Source: Anthoceros angustus (Eukaryota > Plantae > Anthocerotophyta). From it: DNA of 64,000 nt. Position numbers and translations under genes: made by a program. Position 1 is the first letter of the stretch; every line of letters starts with the position of its first letter. The notes below the pieces were generated by a model. It made no database searches, was not told the DNA's origin, and saw nothing but the letters and a program-made list of their open reading frames with translations. Shown here one piece after another: positions 63,651 through 64,000 of the stretch. Where the stretch lies: contig MU008201.1 in the NCBI GenBank assembly GCA_010909165.1, forward strand, positions 415,288-479,287, written 5' to 3'.

Positions 63651-64000
63651 AAGATCTTCACCGTTTTCCAAGATCTCCTTGTCCTTCAGGTCGGCAGATC
63701 GTTCTGGGTCGGCCCGGGGCCCCCGCCTTCTTCACGGCAAGGCTCAGCGGCTGTGTGCTCCACACCAATTGCGCTCTGTTTCTGTGCTTGAAGGAACAGG
63801 ATCGAGTGATTGAAAAGTACTTGCCTTTTGTTTTAGTGGGCTTGAATTTGATCGCCAACACTTTGTCGCCTTTGGACTTTGTGTTTCGTTGTAACAATGG
63901 GCTTTTGTTCCTCCCGATGCAAGCGTACCACTATGTCATCGGCGAGGATGCTTGCATTTCAGAATCACTGTGATGTACACAGAGGTCCGTTGTAATGAGC

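Larger units (their letters stand above)
53362..64000 (-). mobile_element. Ty1/Copia LTR retrotransposon (5' end beyond the window), interrupted by a Gypsy solo LTR
   Basis: PR WYLDSGATTHM-like motif ~63600; INT RATKVLELVHLDISG ~63080; RT LALYVDD ~61540; RNase H 60622-61005. PPT AGAGGGAG at 53838-53845, then TGTTGGA (3' LTR start 53837). The left LTR boundary is uncertain. Confidence 0.82.

Overview
This is a repeat-rich land-plant genomic window; a lycophyte- or bryophyte-like host is my inference from retroelement motifs and short introns. The sequence appears to come from an indel-prone long-read assembly, so most TE ORFs look frameshifted and several 0.6-1.3 kb 'stutter' duplications are present. 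The only clearly intact host gene is a single-exon GT47/exostosin xyloglucan galactosyltransferase-like gene (28542-30518, -), followed by a degenerate partial duplicate. Four insertions of one non-chromoviral Ty3/Gypsy family (tRNA-Asp PBS) dominate the window. Main finding: the family has two LTR architectures. One element has ordinary ~1.2 kb LTRs (31896-39710). The others have giant ~4.3-5.6 kb LTRs with the same termini but a ~2.7-3 kb sense protein-coding cassette inside U3, downstream of the PPT and upstream of the TATA box. Two giant LTRs are TSD-flanked solo LTRs (21087-26737 in a satellite; 55769-60607 inside a Copia element), so the cassette is part of the LTR itself. Differences between copies are mostly synonymous. 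Also present: a CRE-like non-LTR RT remnant, a Copia element with a possible antisense ORF in its 3' region, an ASR3-like trihelix pseudogene, a duplicated ~2.4 kb unit with a RING-H2 ORF, a chromovirus-type RT fragment at an N gap, and several tandem repeats.
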